From: an uncultured virus (IMG/VR IMGVR_UViG_3300021185_003889)
Taxonomy: Duplodnaviria; Heunggongvirae; Uroviricota; Caudoviricetes
IMG/VR virus record: IMGVR_UViG_3300021185_003889
DNA: 20,000 nt
Strand: one strand, 5' to 3'
In this document: positions 1 to 9,927 of the stretch, piece after piece
Layout of the letters: every line of letters begins with the position of its first letter
Position numbering within the stretch: position 1 is the stretch's first letter
The notes under the pieces: model-generated
The model's database searches: none
The model's input: the letters and a program-made list of their open reading frames with translations, nothing else
Told to the model about the DNA's origin: nothing
Position numbers and translations under genes: made by a program

Positions 1-1536
1 TACTACTGACTCTAAATAAGGATTAACTTGAGCTAAGAATCCATTTCTAGTAGTAGTTGTATTTTGTTCGAATACTAATGTTCTTGATACATCACCTACG
101 AATTTCTTAAGATCGATCATTAACCTACGAACATTTACTCTATCTAAAGCTGATGATTTAGTCTGAAGTGTTTTCTGACCAAATACGTTAATTCCTGCTC
201 CTGGGAAGGTAGCAATTGGGTTAACTGTAGCATCATATAAAGTATCTCTTTGAGATCTTGTTAATTTTCTTTCTGCTTGAATTACGTCTCCGATTCCACC
301 TCTAGTTAAACCAGCAGGTGCGAACCATGGTGCAGCAGCTCCATCTGTAAATGCATATACTCCAGGAATAATAGTTGATGCTGGAATCCATACATTTTTA
401 CCTGTAGCTGACTGTGTCTGTAACCAAGGCCAGTATGCAGCTCCATAAGAACTATTAACTGAATCGGCAGCTGCAGCAGCATTTGCTACTGATGTACCGT
501 AATTAGATAGATCTACTACTGCAATAGCATCTCCTCTGCTTTCAGCTAAAGAAATAATACTGTCTACTTGAGTTCCATGAGAAGCTCTAGTAAGACCTGG
601 TACTGAAACGATGTTAAATACGTACTCATCTTTATTTCCTAGTACTGAGATAGCATTAGTGTAGTTACCGCCTGTAAGACCTTGTGATCTAGTGCTGATA
701 TCTCCGAAGTAATTATCTCCTCCTACTACATTGTCCCCAGTTGCTCCTGAGAAGGAACCAGAATCAGTAATTGGTAAAGAACCTGATGCTGAACCAACTC
801 TTATCGATCCGTCATTTCCAATGTAATTTAATGTTTGTCTGTTAACAGCTGATACTCTAATGTATTTTGATCTGTTAACGTATTCTCCTGTAGTAGATAT
901 AAAAGCTGGGTCTTCACTAGTATTGATAGACTTAGTCTGGTTACCTATTACTTTTTCAATGTAGTTATCAGTCTCAGGGTCTAACGTTAGGTTAGTATAA
1001 GATTCTAATACTACTTTGTTTTTATGATTGTCATCTCCTCTTCTGATGTTAAGTGTAAATGTTCCTTTTGTATTGTTTACATTTGCTACTTCCCATCTAA
1101 CATTGTCTGATGATCCATTGACTAAAGATCCGTCTGAGTTAAGAGACCCTGAACTGTTATATATAGATCCTTTACCAATAGTCTGTAGAGTAAAAGGTGC
1201 TGTACCTCCATCTGCTGATGCAGATATATGTGTAGCAGAAGCTGCCCCGAAAGATCCTGTAACAACTCTTGTTACAAGCACTGAGTTCCCTCCGTTACCA
1301 AAGTAAGATTTTACTGCTATAGAAGTTAAAAATTCTTGTTTAGTTGATCCAGAAGAAAAAGTAGTTCCAAAGACTCTACTATACTCCCCGAACGAGGTTA
1401 CTAGGGTAGGAGTTTCTACTGGTCCTTTAACTGCTGGTCCAATGATTGCTGCCCCGGCTTCAAGTGCGGCTGGAGCGATAAATGATATATCGTTCTCTCT
1501 TGTTAGTACACCTGGGGAGATTAATGTTTCTGCCAT
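1..1536 (-). CDS. Phage contractile tail sheath protein (gp18-like), truncated at window edge
   Basis: Manual translation from the ATG at 1536 gives MAETLISPGVLTRENDISFIAPAALEAGAAIIGPAVKGPVETPTLVTSFGEYSRVFG...SYFGNGGNSVLVTRVV. Near the left edge it reads YWPWLQ...APWFAPAGLTRGG...RDTLYDATVNPIATFPGAGINVFGQKTLQTKSSALDRVNVRRL...LVFEQN. These are hallmark sheath motifs. Not in the ORF track, probably because its stop lies outside the window. Confidence 0.95.
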   Translation of the reverse strand, partial: MAETLISPGVLTRENDISFIAPAALEAGAAIIGPAVKGPVETPTLVTSFGEYSRVFGTTFSSGSTKQEFLTSIAVKSYFGNGGNSVLVTRVVTGSFGAASATHISASADGGTAPFTLQTIGKGSIYNSSGSLNSDGSLVNGSSDNVRWEVANVNNTKGTFTLNIRRGDDNHKNKVVLESYTNLTLDPETDNYIEKVIGNQTKSINTSEDPAFISTTGEYVNRSKYIRVSAVNRQTLNYIGNDGSIRVGSASGSLPITDSGSFSGATGDNVVGGDNYFGDISTRSQGLTGGNYTNAISVLGNKDEYVFNIVSVPGLTRASHGTQVDSIISLAESRGDAIAVVDLSNYGTSVANAAAAADSVNSSYGAAYWPWLQTQSATGKNVWIPASTIIPGVYAFTDGAAAPWFAPAGLTRGGIGDVIQAERKLTRSQRDTLYDATVNPIATFPGAGINVFGQKTLQTKSSALDRVNVRRLMIDLKKFVGDVSRTLVFEQNTTTTRNGFLAQVNPYLESVV

Positions 1537-1565
1537 GTTATATAAGTTAAATTATTGAGTACTCT

Positions 1566-1576
1566 TATAAATATCG
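1566..1576 (-). promoter_or_regulatory. Putative phage late-promoter-like motif CGATATTTATA
   Basis: Intergenic, ~30 nt upstream of the sheath ATG. The same consensus (CKATATTTATW) occurs at 1620-1630, 1889-1899 and 19398-19408. Confidence 0.5.
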
Positions 1577-1619
1577 TTAATACAACGAAACCGTTTTGTA
1601 ATCTTTATACGGTATCATA

Positions 1620-1630
1620 TATAAATATAG
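1620..1630 (-). promoter_or_regulatory. Second copy of the motif, CTATATTTATA
   Basis: Same intergenic region upstream of the sheath gene; matches CKATATTTATW. Confidence 0.4.
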
Positions 1631-1649
1631 TGATTTATCTCTAAAAGGA

Positions 1650-1889
1650 CTAAAGAGGAATAAATTCTCCTGAATCTATGTCAACACTCCCCTTTCCGTA
1701 TTTATCTTCTAGTTTTTTCGCTAGATCTTGTTCAGCTACCTTAAGTTGCTCAAAGTAACCTAATGCAGAAGCTTTTCTTTTTTTAAGAGTCTCTTCTGAT
1801 ATAGATATCTGTCCAAACTCATTTACTATTTTTTTAGTACTTTCTTGAATAGCTTTTAACTGAGCTATTTCTTCTTGTTCTAATTTCAT
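1650..1889 (-). CDS. Small coiled-coil hypothetical protein (79 aa)
   Basis: ATG overlaps the TGA of the upstream radical SAM gene (ATGA). Heptad-like E/K/Q/L-rich helix followed by KYGKGSVDIDSGEF. TAG stop. Confidence 0.85.
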   Translation of the reverse strand: MKLEQEEIAQLKAIQESTKKIVNEFGQISISEETLKKRKASALGYFEQLKVAEQDLAKKLEDKYGKGSVDIDSGEFIPL

Positions 1890-3139
1890 ATAAATATAGA
1901 TTTATCTTTTAATGCATTAACTAAATCTGGAAATAATGCTTTCCAGTCTTCTCTTCTTACTTTATCTACCTCTTCTGTAGTATTAATAAATTCATTTACT
2001 AGTTTGTTATCTTCTGAATCGTAAAAGTTGCTTTTTAGTCTATTGAAAAAGCCTTCTTCTAGTTTACCTTCTATGCTGTCTATTTTTTTTCTTCTTACTT
2101 CTAAAGGTATAACTTTTACATTATGGTAGTTAGGATAATTTACATAATTATCTCTAATTACTTTAATAACACCAGTTCCGTCTTTATAATATAAGCCTTT
2201 TTCCTCTAAATACAAGTGAAGTTCCTCTAAATATAAAAAATTAAAAACATGAATAGTCTGAATTATAGCATAATCAAAGTCATATTTGTCAGTATATTTC
2301 TTTATGTTACCAATTACTGTTTCAAATCTACTTAAACTTCTGATATAATCGTTTCTTTTAAAAGTATCATCTAAACTAAAGTTTAATTTAACCTGTTTAA
2401 AGTGATGCAATCTATCTAATATAGGAACTATTCTTTCAAACTTATAATTACCGTTAGTAATATACGTTATATAAATGTCTTTAGCTAAATCTCTTTCTAT
2501 TAATAGATCTAATAGATATGAATGTTTATCTACTAAAAAAGGTTCACCGCCACTTATATGTAATTCATCTAATTTGAACCCATTCTGTAAAAGATCCAAA
2601 TATACTTTAGGATCTTCTACCCAATCGTAATCAACTCCATCAGATTTAAGTTTATCGTATCCACTAGGTAGGTTTATTTTATCTTTTAATTTATAGTAAT
2701 CGTCTACCCATGAAGTTGATGATTCAGCATTACAACTTCTACATTTTAAATTACAAAAATTACCTAGCCTTAATTCTAGGTACCTAACATCGGGCTGTAT
2801 TGTACCATCTTCTTTAGTTATAGACTGTAGATAAGATTCATCTAATATTTTTTCTTTATTTCTTTTTGAAAATCCTCCTGCTTCTTCTATTTTATAGCAA
2901 GTTAAGCAAGCCTCTGGTACCTCACCGGATAGCATATCAGTTCTTATTTTTCTAAAAGACTCTGAGTTTACTATTTTATTAACTCCATCTCTTATATGTA
3001 CGGGCCTACTATCTTTACTATCGAAGTTTTGTGATAAAGCATACTTACTTTCCCAATTAGCTTCACAGCAAACAGAAGACCATCCATGTGGCATAACACT
3101 TAGGTGTTTCCATGGTAAACTACATATAAATTTACTCAT
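1886..3139 (-). CDS. Radical SAM protein with N-terminal twitch/SPASM-like domain (#7 in transcription order)
   Basis: N-terminal ICSLPW...VCCE...CLTC; CNLKCRSC; SSTSW; ISGGEP; YITNG; SLDD; C-terminal DKVRREDWKALFP. Confidence 0.93.
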   Translation of the reverse strand: MSKFICSLPWKHLSVMPHGWSSVCCEANWESKYALSQNFDSKDSRPVHIRDGVNKIVNSESFRKIRTDMLSGEVPEACLTCYKIEEAGGFSKRNKEKILDESYLQSITKEDGTIQPDVRYLELRLGNFCNLKCRSCNAESSTSWVDDYYKLKDKINLPSGYDKLKSDGVDYDWVEDPKVYLDLLQNGFKLDELHISGGEPFLVDKHSYLLDLLIERDLAKDIYITYITNGNYKFERIVPILDRLHHFKQVKLNFSLDDTFKRNDYIRSLSRFETVIGNIKKYTDKYDFDYAIIQTIHVFNFLYLEELHLYLEEKGLYYKDGTGVIKVIRDNYVNYPNYHNVKVIPLEVRRKKIDSIEGKLEEGFFNRLKSNFYDSEDNKLVNEFINTTEEVDKVRREDWKALFPDLVNALKDKSIFI

Positions 3140-4394
3140 GGTAATGCTTGTTTTTTAAATCTTCGAACTCAGGAAAAATTTTAAAAAAGTCTACTTTCCT
3201 TATTCTATCTAATTTACCTTGCATATAACTATATGCTTCTTCGTTATACTTGTCTGCTCTTAAATTTGATCCTTGCTTAATATATTTTACTACTTTTTCA
3301 AAAGCTCTAACATCACTAAGTATATGATTTTCTTCTCCTTCTAACGTTTTTAACCACTCTATATGATTATTGTATTTATCTACTAAAGCATCTAAATGAT
3401 TCTTAGGAAGCTTCCAAAGAGTAAACTGAACAGGTGCATGTAAAATATTTGCATGAATTTTACCAACTGATAAGTAATTTTTTTCAATAAACTCTCTATG
3501 TAAATCAACAACGTTGTAAGAATTTAACCAACTTATAGTTGGAGCAATATTAAAATCTAAATGAGGTACTTCTTTTTGTAGTCTTTCAATATTAGCTTCT
3601 ACATTATTCCATTTTATGTTAGTACGTAAATATTCTCCTCGAGAATGAGATCCATCAAGACTAGCTTGAATACATATTTCTTTAAACTCTTTCCACAACG
3701 GTACTACATCCCATACTCCGTATGTTAACTTAGCCATATTAGTACTATACAAAAGAGCAATTTTGTCAGCTCTACCTTTTTCTATAATTTTATTTAATAA
3801 TTTATAATGTTCTGGTAGCATTAAAGGTTCTCCACCAGCAAAATATATCTGTCTTATATTATCTATTTGATCATATAGTTGAAGTAATAAATTTTCAGTA
3901 TTTTCAATAGATTTGAGCTTAGGGGCTCCTTCAGGAGTTAAACCTAATGCTACTGAATCATTATACCATGATGTAGACCAATTGCTTCCACAGCTTACAC
4001 ATTTTAAATTACATTTATTTGAGAAACGAATGTCTATATACCTTAATTTTAAATCTGGTATGAAAAAGTTGTTTTCATTAGTAGCTTTAACTACATCGTC
4101 ATAATCATATACCCTGTTAAAATTATACCTTAATGACTGTTCTCCTTTATCCTCCAATTCCCAACAGTGATCACACCCTTTTACTTTTACACCATTATGA
4201 AGGTCTTTACGTAACTGAACAGCTGCTGGGGAGTTCATGTGTTCTTGTAAATCGTCATCACCTGAATATGTAGATAATTTATGTTCAGGGTTAAAAATAC
4301 AACAGGGCATGAACTCTCCTTGTGTTCCTATGTAGGAAGCAATATAAGGTGCAGAACAAAAAGTACCTTCCATATTTCTTATTTCTTTTTCCAT
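3132..4394 (-). CDS. Radical SAM protein with N-terminal twitch/SPASM-like domain (#6)
   Basis: FCSAPY...PCCI...CDHC; CNLKCVSC; FAGGEP; YSTN; ASLDG; C-terminal DRIRKVDFFKIFPE. Confidence 0.93.
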   Translation of the reverse strand: MEKEIRNMEGTFCSAPYIASYIGTQGEFMPCCIFNPEHKLSTYSGDDDLQEHMNSPAAVQLRKDLHNGVKVKGCDHCWELEDKGEQSLRYNFNRVYDYDDVVKATNENNFFIPDLKLRYIDIRFSNKCNLKCVSCGSNWSTSWYNDSVALGLTPEGAPKLKSIENTENLLLQLYDQIDNIRQIYFAGGEPLMLPEHYKLLNKIIEKGRADKIALLYSTNMAKLTYGVWDVVPLWKEFKEICIQASLDGSHSRGEYLRTNIKWNNVEANIERLQKEVPHLDFNIAPTISWLNSYNVVDLHREFIEKNYLSVGKIHANILHAPVQFTLWKLPKNHLDALVDKYNNHIEWLKTLEGEENHILSDVRAFEKVVKYIKQGSNLRADKYNEEAYSYMQGKLDRIRKVDFFKIFPEFEDLKNKHYHE

Positions 4395-5419
4395 TACAGT
4401 AACTCAGCTTCTAGTTCTAAATTAGATATAACATTTCGATATCTATTTAATTTACGTACCTCATTTACAAACTCATAATGTTCAGGATGAGTATTATCTA
4501 GTACATTGACTTTTTTATATTCTTCTTCTGAGAATGTTCCCCAGTTAGCAACTCTATAAAAAATATTTTTATGATCTCTATGTTTATAGAATATCTTATT
4601 CATTAACTCCACAAATGGAATTATTTCTTTATAGTTTGCTTGTTGTGTGACAAAAGAAGTAGTAATTTTATCTATAGTTTCTATTTTGTTAATAAACTTA
4701 AGATTTTCAATCAACACATCCCATTTACCTCCCAGTCTAGTTTTATTTTCATAAGTGTCTTTAGTTGCAGCATCTATGCTTATCTCAACTTGCTTTATAA
4801 ACTTTCTAACATTTTTTAGTTTATCCCAAAGTTTGGTAGTTAAAAGTATACCATTAGTATGTAATATAATTCTATCTAACTTAGGGTACTTTTCTACTGG
4901 AAAGTTAATTAGATACTCTCTCATTGGTTTACTATAAAGAGGATCACCAGTACCGCTAGTAAAAAATTCCTCAAGTTCATCACTAAATCCTTCTTCTACC
5001 TTTCTCAACTGATTTAAAGTCAATGCTGTATTAAGGTCTGTATTAGGTATAATATTATCCCTGCAAGTAGGACATCTTAAGTTACAAGACTGGTCAATAC
5101 AAATTTTTATTCGTTTAGGTTTATTGTAATTATTAGGATTAAATTCCTTAATAGGTCTTATCGGACCTGTTGCTTCGCCTTTATTAACAAGTACATTTAA
5201 ATGTGGACAGAATTCACTACTACAGTTTTTAAATGTACCATCCAGCATAGATTCTCTTATCTCTTCTGCTTCTGTGCTAAACCAGTTTTTTAAATAATCA
5301 GGAGATTTTTTTAAATTAGTATCATTCCAATACGGACAGCACATAGTTTGTCTATCCTTATGAATCTCTGTATAGGTAAAAGGTAAGTCACAAAAATAAT
5401 TTTTTAGATCTACTTTCAT
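4394..5419 (-). CDS. Divergent radical SAM protein with N-terminal Cys cluster (#5)
   Basis: FCDLPF...MCCP...CSSEFC; CNLRCPTC; SGTGDP in place of GGEP; HTNG; ISIDAATKDTYE. Confidence 0.9.
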   Translation of the reverse strand: MKVDLKNYFCDLPFTYTEIHKDRQTMCCPYWNDTNLKKSPDYLKNWFSTEAEEIRESMLDGTFKNCSSEFCPHLNVLVNKGEATGPIRPIKEFNPNNYNKPKRIKICIDQSCNLRCPTCRDNIIPNTDLNTALTLNQLRKVEEGFSDELEEFFTSGTGDPLYSKPMREYLINFPVEKYPKLDRIILHTNGILLTTKLWDKLKNVRKFIKQVEISIDAATKDTYENKTRLGGKWDVLIENLKFINKIETIDKITTSFVTQQANYKEIIPFVELMNKIFYKHRDHKNIFYRVANWGTFSEEEYKKVNVLDNTHPEHYEFVNEVRKLNRYRNVISNLELEAELL

Positions 5420-6678
5420 ATACTATTCAATTTAAAATGATTATAGGTAAAAGGATCTAATTCTAAAAAATTTTGTTTTCTCTTCTTATCTAAAATATCT
5501 GTAAACTTAACAAAGTCTCTTATACTGCTTTTCTCTGATGTTATTTTGATTAAGGTAATTAAAGATTTAAGTTTGTTAATAATCCACTTTTTTCTAGATT
5601 CAGGTATGTTAGTATACCTAACTTTTAAGTAGTTTATTTTATCGTTTATTTTTAATATTGCTTTTTCTTTAAGTTCCTCTGGTATATTTTTTATATTTAG
5701 ATAATGAGGATTAGTAACTGGATGTAGTACAGGTATAAAATTTCTATCTAAGAAGAAATCTATAGCATCAAGCATATGAATTAAATTATATGTTTGAACT
5801 GTATAGTTAGCATATACGTTAATATTAGTCTTATTATTTCTAATATACTGATCTAACATATCTATCTTTTTATTTATAACTGACCATTTCATAGGGTACC
5901 TAACATATTCATATGTATCTTCTATACCATCAATAGAAAAATCAATATTAACGTTTTTAAACTTATTGAGTTTAGTGAGTAAGTCAAAATTTAATTTAGT
6001 TAGATTAGTATTTATTCTTAGATCTAAATTATATGAATGACCTGATTCTATAAAGAAATCTATAAGTTCATAAAAAGACTTATTAATTAAAGGTTCTCCA
6101 CCGGAAAATCTTATAACTTCTATATCTTCAACATTATCTTTAATATGGTTACAGTATTGTTCCATATCAATATTAACAGGTTCGTCTAATGTAGGAAAAA
6201 GATTTTTAAGAGAATCTTCTGATAATGTAGATGTTATCTCTAAATACTCATTATTAATAAGGTTTGAGTCTTGAGGTGAACACATTCTACATTTTAAGTT
6301 ACATAAGTTACCTACTCTATACTCAACTGATATAGGAGCATGATTAAGTATCCCGTTATTCTTTCTAGCTGATTGTACTCTTTCGATAAACTTTTTATCG
6401 TTTTGATAAGATTCTACTAAATCAGTTCGTAGGGATGCACCCCCTTCTTTTTCAGCATGATAACATACATCACATCCTTTGATATATTCACCGTTTATAC
6501 TTTTTATTCTGTCTTTTGCTAATTGTTCACTATTCCAAAAACTCTCTAGTGGCTGATCTACTGTTATTCCGTTTACTTTACCATTTTTTATCTCAGGTAC
6601 GTGCAAACAACATGCTTTATAAACTCCATAGGAGTCATTCATTACATGATTGAAAAAACTAGGGCAGAAAGAGTTCAT
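5416..6678 (-). CDS. Radical SAM protein with N-terminal twitch/SPASM-like domain (#4)
   Basis: FCPSFF...ACCL...CDVC; CNLKCRMC; FSGGEP; INTN; FSIDG...YEYVRYP. Confidence 0.93.
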   Translation of the reverse strand: MNSFCPSFFNHVMNDSYGVYKACCLHVPEIKNGKVNGITVDQPLESFWNSEQLAKDRIKSINGEYIKGCDVCYHAEKEGGASLRTDLVESYQNDKKFIERVQSARKNNGILNHAPISVEYRVGNLCNLKCRMCSPQDSNLINNEYLEITSTLSEDSLKNLFPTLDEPVNIDMEQYCNHIKDNVEDIEVIRFSGGEPLINKSFYELIDFFIESGHSYNLDLRINTNLTKLNFDLLTKLNKFKNVNIDFSIDGIEDTYEYVRYPMKWSVINKKIDMLDQYIRNNKTNINVYANYTVQTYNLIHMLDAIDFFLDRNFIPVLHPVTNPHYLNIKNIPEELKEKAILKINDKINYLKVRYTNIPESRKKWIINKLKSLITLIKITSEKSSIRDFVKFTDILDKKRKQNFLELDPFTYNHFKLNSI

Positions 6679-6689
6679 GATTAAAAAGG

Positions 6690-8009
6690 TTAAATATTAG
6701 ATTTAACCTTATTGTTTGTATCAGGAATACTGTCATACCAGTCTTTATAATATGGGTATACTGTAGTGAAAGATTCTTTTCTATACTCATCTACTAAAGA
6801 AACAATATTTTTCATTTCTCCGTTTTCTTTAGACTTATCTACTTCTCCTTTATCTAACTCGAAATACTTAGTAATAATATCGTACTTTTGTTTCATTTGT
6901 TTTTTATAAAACTCTGGTACTTTTCTCAGATGGTTATATAGGTTATCTCTAGCTTTTATTTTTAAATCAGTTGGTAAAGTATCTAAAGCATAGTATCTTG
7001 GGAAAGTTAAAACGTTATTTAAATGAACACCATGCCATTGAACTCCTAACTCAATCATTCTATCTACGAAGTCTGGTATTTGAAATATATTTAGTATACT
7101 TACAGTACAACTAAAGTCAAAATGAAATCCTTTATCGATAGCTAATCTAACGTTATCTTCTATTTTTTTCCAATCTGTTCCAGATCTAGCATATTCTGCA
7201 ACATCTCCCATTGCGTCTAATGAAGCAAATATTCTTACATTAAGAGGATTACGTTTAGTAAAATGGCTCCACAGTTCTAAAACATCCCATTTTTTAAACT
7301 TTAACATACTGAAGTTAGTGTTATATCTAATGCGGGTATCAGTGTTACCTATTTCGATAAGCTTTTCTAAAATCATATAATGCTCTTCCATCATCAATGG
7401 TTCTCCACCTGCAAAATAAATCTCTTCTACGTCTTCAATAAACATATCTATATACTCATAGATATTTTTTTTACTCCAATCGTTTACATGTATAAGTGCT
7501 CTATCATTTTCACTCTGACCAAATATATCTACTTCATCTTTATACCATTTAGAACTAAGAGATGAACCGCACATTCTACATTTAAAGTTACATAAGTTAG
7601 AAAAACGAAAATCCCAATACCTTAAAGTAAAATCATTACTATGTCCATCTTCTTCAGTAGTATCAACAAAAGTATCTAAATGATCTTTCATTAATCTATT
7701 TGAAGCTACCCTCATACTCTCATCTCCGTTTTCTTCTTGAAGATAGCATTTAGCACAATGTTCATGTTTTTTACCCTCAAGTTTATCTTTTCTTAACTCC
7801 TTCATTCTATCTGCATTCCACAACTCTTCTAAAGTTGCATCTTTTACATGTCCGATAGGATGTCTATAGTCAGTCAAACAACAAGGATATACTCTACCAT
7901 CAGGCCAGTGATGTAAATGAGACCAAGGTAATGCACAGAATGTTTTACTTATTCTATCTCCTGGGTTTTCCTTAAACTTATACTTAATATGATTTCTATG
8001 TTCCGCCAT
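6690..8009 (-). CDS. Radical SAM protein with N-terminal twitch/SPASM-like domain (#3)
   Basis: FCALPW...DGRVYPCCL...IGHVKDATLEELWN...CAKC (clear SPASM-like signature); CNFKCRMC; SSKW; FAGGEP; YNTN; ASLDA. Confidence 0.95.
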   Translation of the reverse strand: MAEHRNHIKYKFKENPGDRISKTFCALPWSHLHHWPDGRVYPCCLTDYRHPIGHVKDATLEELWNADRMKELRKDKLEGKKHEHCAKCYLQEENGDESMRVASNRLMKDHLDTFVDTTEEDGHSNDFTLRYWDFRFSNLCNFKCRMCGSSLSSKWYKDEVDIFGQSENDRALIHVNDWSKKNIYEYIDMFIEDVEEIYFAGGEPLMMEEHYMILEKLIEIGNTDTRIRYNTNFSMLKFKKWDVLELWSHFTKRNPLNVRIFASLDAMGDVAEYARSGTDWKKIEDNVRLAIDKGFHFDFSCTVSILNIFQIPDFVDRMIELGVQWHGVHLNNVLTFPRYYALDTLPTDLKIKARDNLYNHLRKVPEFYKKQMKQKYDIITKYFELDKGEVDKSKENGEMKNIVSLVDEYRKESFTTVYPYYKDWYDSIPDTNNKVKSNI

Positions 8010-9346
8010 TATATTGTATTATACCAATTTAACATTTCAGCTGTAAAGTGCTTTTCTATAGGCATTTCTCTACGTACTGCGTATTGTTTAGTGAAGTTCT
8101 TAAAGTCAGTTAATTTCTTATCTAACTCATCATTATCTTCTTGTGATTTCGTAACATTTTTTAAATACTTAGTTAGTCTTGTTATTTGATTTATTTCCCA
8201 AGGTCTTAAAACGTCCTTGATTTTATCTAACGTATTTTCTATTCTTTCAGCTAATATATCTTTATATTGCTGCTCTATAATATTTACACTTTGAAAAGAA
8301 GGAAATCTTAAAATATTTAAGGACATATAAAACTGATCAGGTCTAGTTGATTTTCTCCATTGAACTATCTTTTCTAAAAATTCAGCAACACCCCAAACAC
8401 TTAATGCTGATATAGTCATCATTATATTAACCGTCGTAACAGAGTCTTCTTTATTTAATGCAAACATATTTTTTTCCCATACATCCCATTCAAAACCATC
8501 TCTTACAAAATCCTGCAAAGGACCGTAACATTCAGCAGATGTATATATTTCAAACTTTTTAAATTTTTTACTTGCAGCTACTAATTTTTGTAATCTGCTA
8601 TCTTCCATAATAAGATTACTATTAACTGCAAAATCAAATTTTTCATTCTCACAAACATCTAAAAGATGCCAGAAAGAAGGACTCCTTGAAGGTTCACCGC
8701 CTGAAACTCTAAGTTCATATAACCCGTCTTTTATTTCAGGAAACCAATCAAAGAACCGTTTAACATAAATATTACCTTCATTCTTATTTCCAAAAGGCAT
8801 TGCCAGTGAACCATCTTGTCTATAAGTTTTTCCTCCAAATGTTTCCATATCTTTGTATGGACCGTTTGTTGTAATATCTTTAGACCAAGTAGAACTAAAT
8901 TCAGAGTTACAATATGAACATGCTAAGTTACATAAGTTATCAAAGCATATTTCTACAGTTTTAGGATTAACATTTTTATCCCACGGTATATCTTTCAAGG
9001 CAGCTATTTCCTCATCAGTATAACGAGCAGTTTGATATACTCTATCACTATACACTCCTTCTCTATTACCACCTGATGCGTCTTCTGCAGTCCAACAGTA
9101 TGAACACTCTGGCGGTCTTTCTCCCTCCAGCATCATCTTACGTTGTTTCTTTTTAAACTCTGTATTATGTAATGCTGATGCGTCTTTGGCTAGTTCTTCA
9201 TCTGGTATTTTATGAGCGAGAGGATGGTGACAAGAAGCTGTTCTACCGTTACCTAACCAAATAGATACGTTGTACCATTTTGCCGCACAAAATGATGTTG
9301 ATGTATTATTCATCGCCTTTAATGCATTCTCATAGGATGTTTTCAT
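8009..9346 (-). CDS. Radical SAM protein, N-terminal 'SCHH' twitch variant (#2)
   Basis: FCAAKW...SCHHP...CSYCW; CNLACSYC; SSTW; VSGGEP; VNSN; TSAE. Confidence 0.93.
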   Translation of the reverse strand: MKTSYENALKAMNNTSTSFCAAKWYNVSIWLGNGRTASCHHPLAHKIPDEELAKDASALHNTEFKKKQRKMMLEGERPPECSYCWTAEDASGGNREGVYSDRVYQTARYTDEEIAALKDIPWDKNVNPKTVEICFDNLCNLACSYCNSEFSSTWSKDITTNGPYKDMETFGGKTYRQDGSLAMPFGNKNEGNIYVKRFFDWFPEIKDGLYELRVSGGEPSRSPSFWHLLDVCENEKFDFAVNSNLIMEDSRLQKLVAASKKFKKFEIYTSAECYGPLQDFVRDGFEWDVWEKNMFALNKEDSVTTVNIMMTISALSVWGVAEFLEKIVQWRKSTRPDQFYMSLNILRFPSFQSVNIIEQQYKDILAERIENTLDKIKDVLRPWEINQITRLTKYLKNVTKSQEDNDELDKKLTDFKNFTKQYAVRREMPIEKHFTAEMLNWYNTI

Positions 9347-9927
9347 GCTATTTGGTATATAAAATTTAAGTTGCCAGTTTTATCTACAGACTTACCGTGT
9401 ATTATCTCACTAAAATCATGATGACATGCTAAACCTTCTGTATCGTATATTTTAAAATTTAATAACTTTATATCTATTTGTTCAGATTCTTCTTGTGTAA
9501 CATGTGTATTTGCACCTAAAAAAATTACTGGGTTATCAACTATAGCTAAAGGTGTTTCTGATAAACTGTATTCAAATTCAATTTTCTTATTTATTGATAC
9601 TGTTAACTTTTCTTTAGGTAGGTGCTCATAAGTTACATTATACTTTACATTAGGTTCAAATATATAATTAGTTTCTACTCTATCATTTTGATTATCGTAT
9701 CCTAATCCTATAAACAATCTATTTTCAAATATAGATAAACTTGTACATTTAGGAACAAAACAGAATACATCTTTTACAGTAGAAAAATTATTTTCAGTAT
9801 TTTCAAAATCTACTTCTATCTTCCAATAATGATCCCCCTGAACTCTAGGAAGTATAGGGTTAGGTAGAAATGAAGGGCATATACTATCTGGCCATAACAT
9901 CCATGGGTATCTTCTACTTATATTCAT
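9343..9927 (-). CDS. LamG/concanavalin A-like beta-sandwich protein (~194 aa)
   Basis: The ORF track start (10008) overlaps the upstream gene by 95 nt; the ATG at 9927 (MNISRRYPW) is more plausible. Beta-rich pattern YNVTYEH..LTVSINKK..VIFLGAN..LLNFKIYD..HHDFSEIIHGKSVDKTGN resembles LamG C-termini. Confidence 0.6.
   Translation of the reverse strand: MNISRRYPWMLWPDSICPSFLPNPILPRVQGDHYWKIEVDFENTENNFSTVKDVFCFVPKCTSLSIFENRLFIGLGYDNQNDRVETNYIFEPNVKYNVTYEHLPKEKLTVSINKKIEFEYSLSETPLAIVDNPVIFLGANTHVTQEESEQIDIKLLNFKIYDTEGLACHHDFSEIIHGKSVDKTGNLNFIYQIA

Noticed and set aside
1028..1306. 92-aa plus-strand ORF
   Set aside because: Antisense shadow of the tail sheath gene.
1..1536. Sheath belonging to a bacterial eCIS, T6SS or tailocin
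   Set aside because: The sheath motifs, S74-chaperoned fibre, dense one-strand gene packing and lack of bacterial housekeeping or eCIS/T6SS marker genes favour a large phage. This cannot be fully excluded from 20 kb.
1581..1613. Imperfect inverted repeats (tac-aacg aaac cgtt-tt-gta; accgt...acggt) as a terminator
   Set aside because: Short, weak, bulged stems with no proper U-tract on the coding strand.
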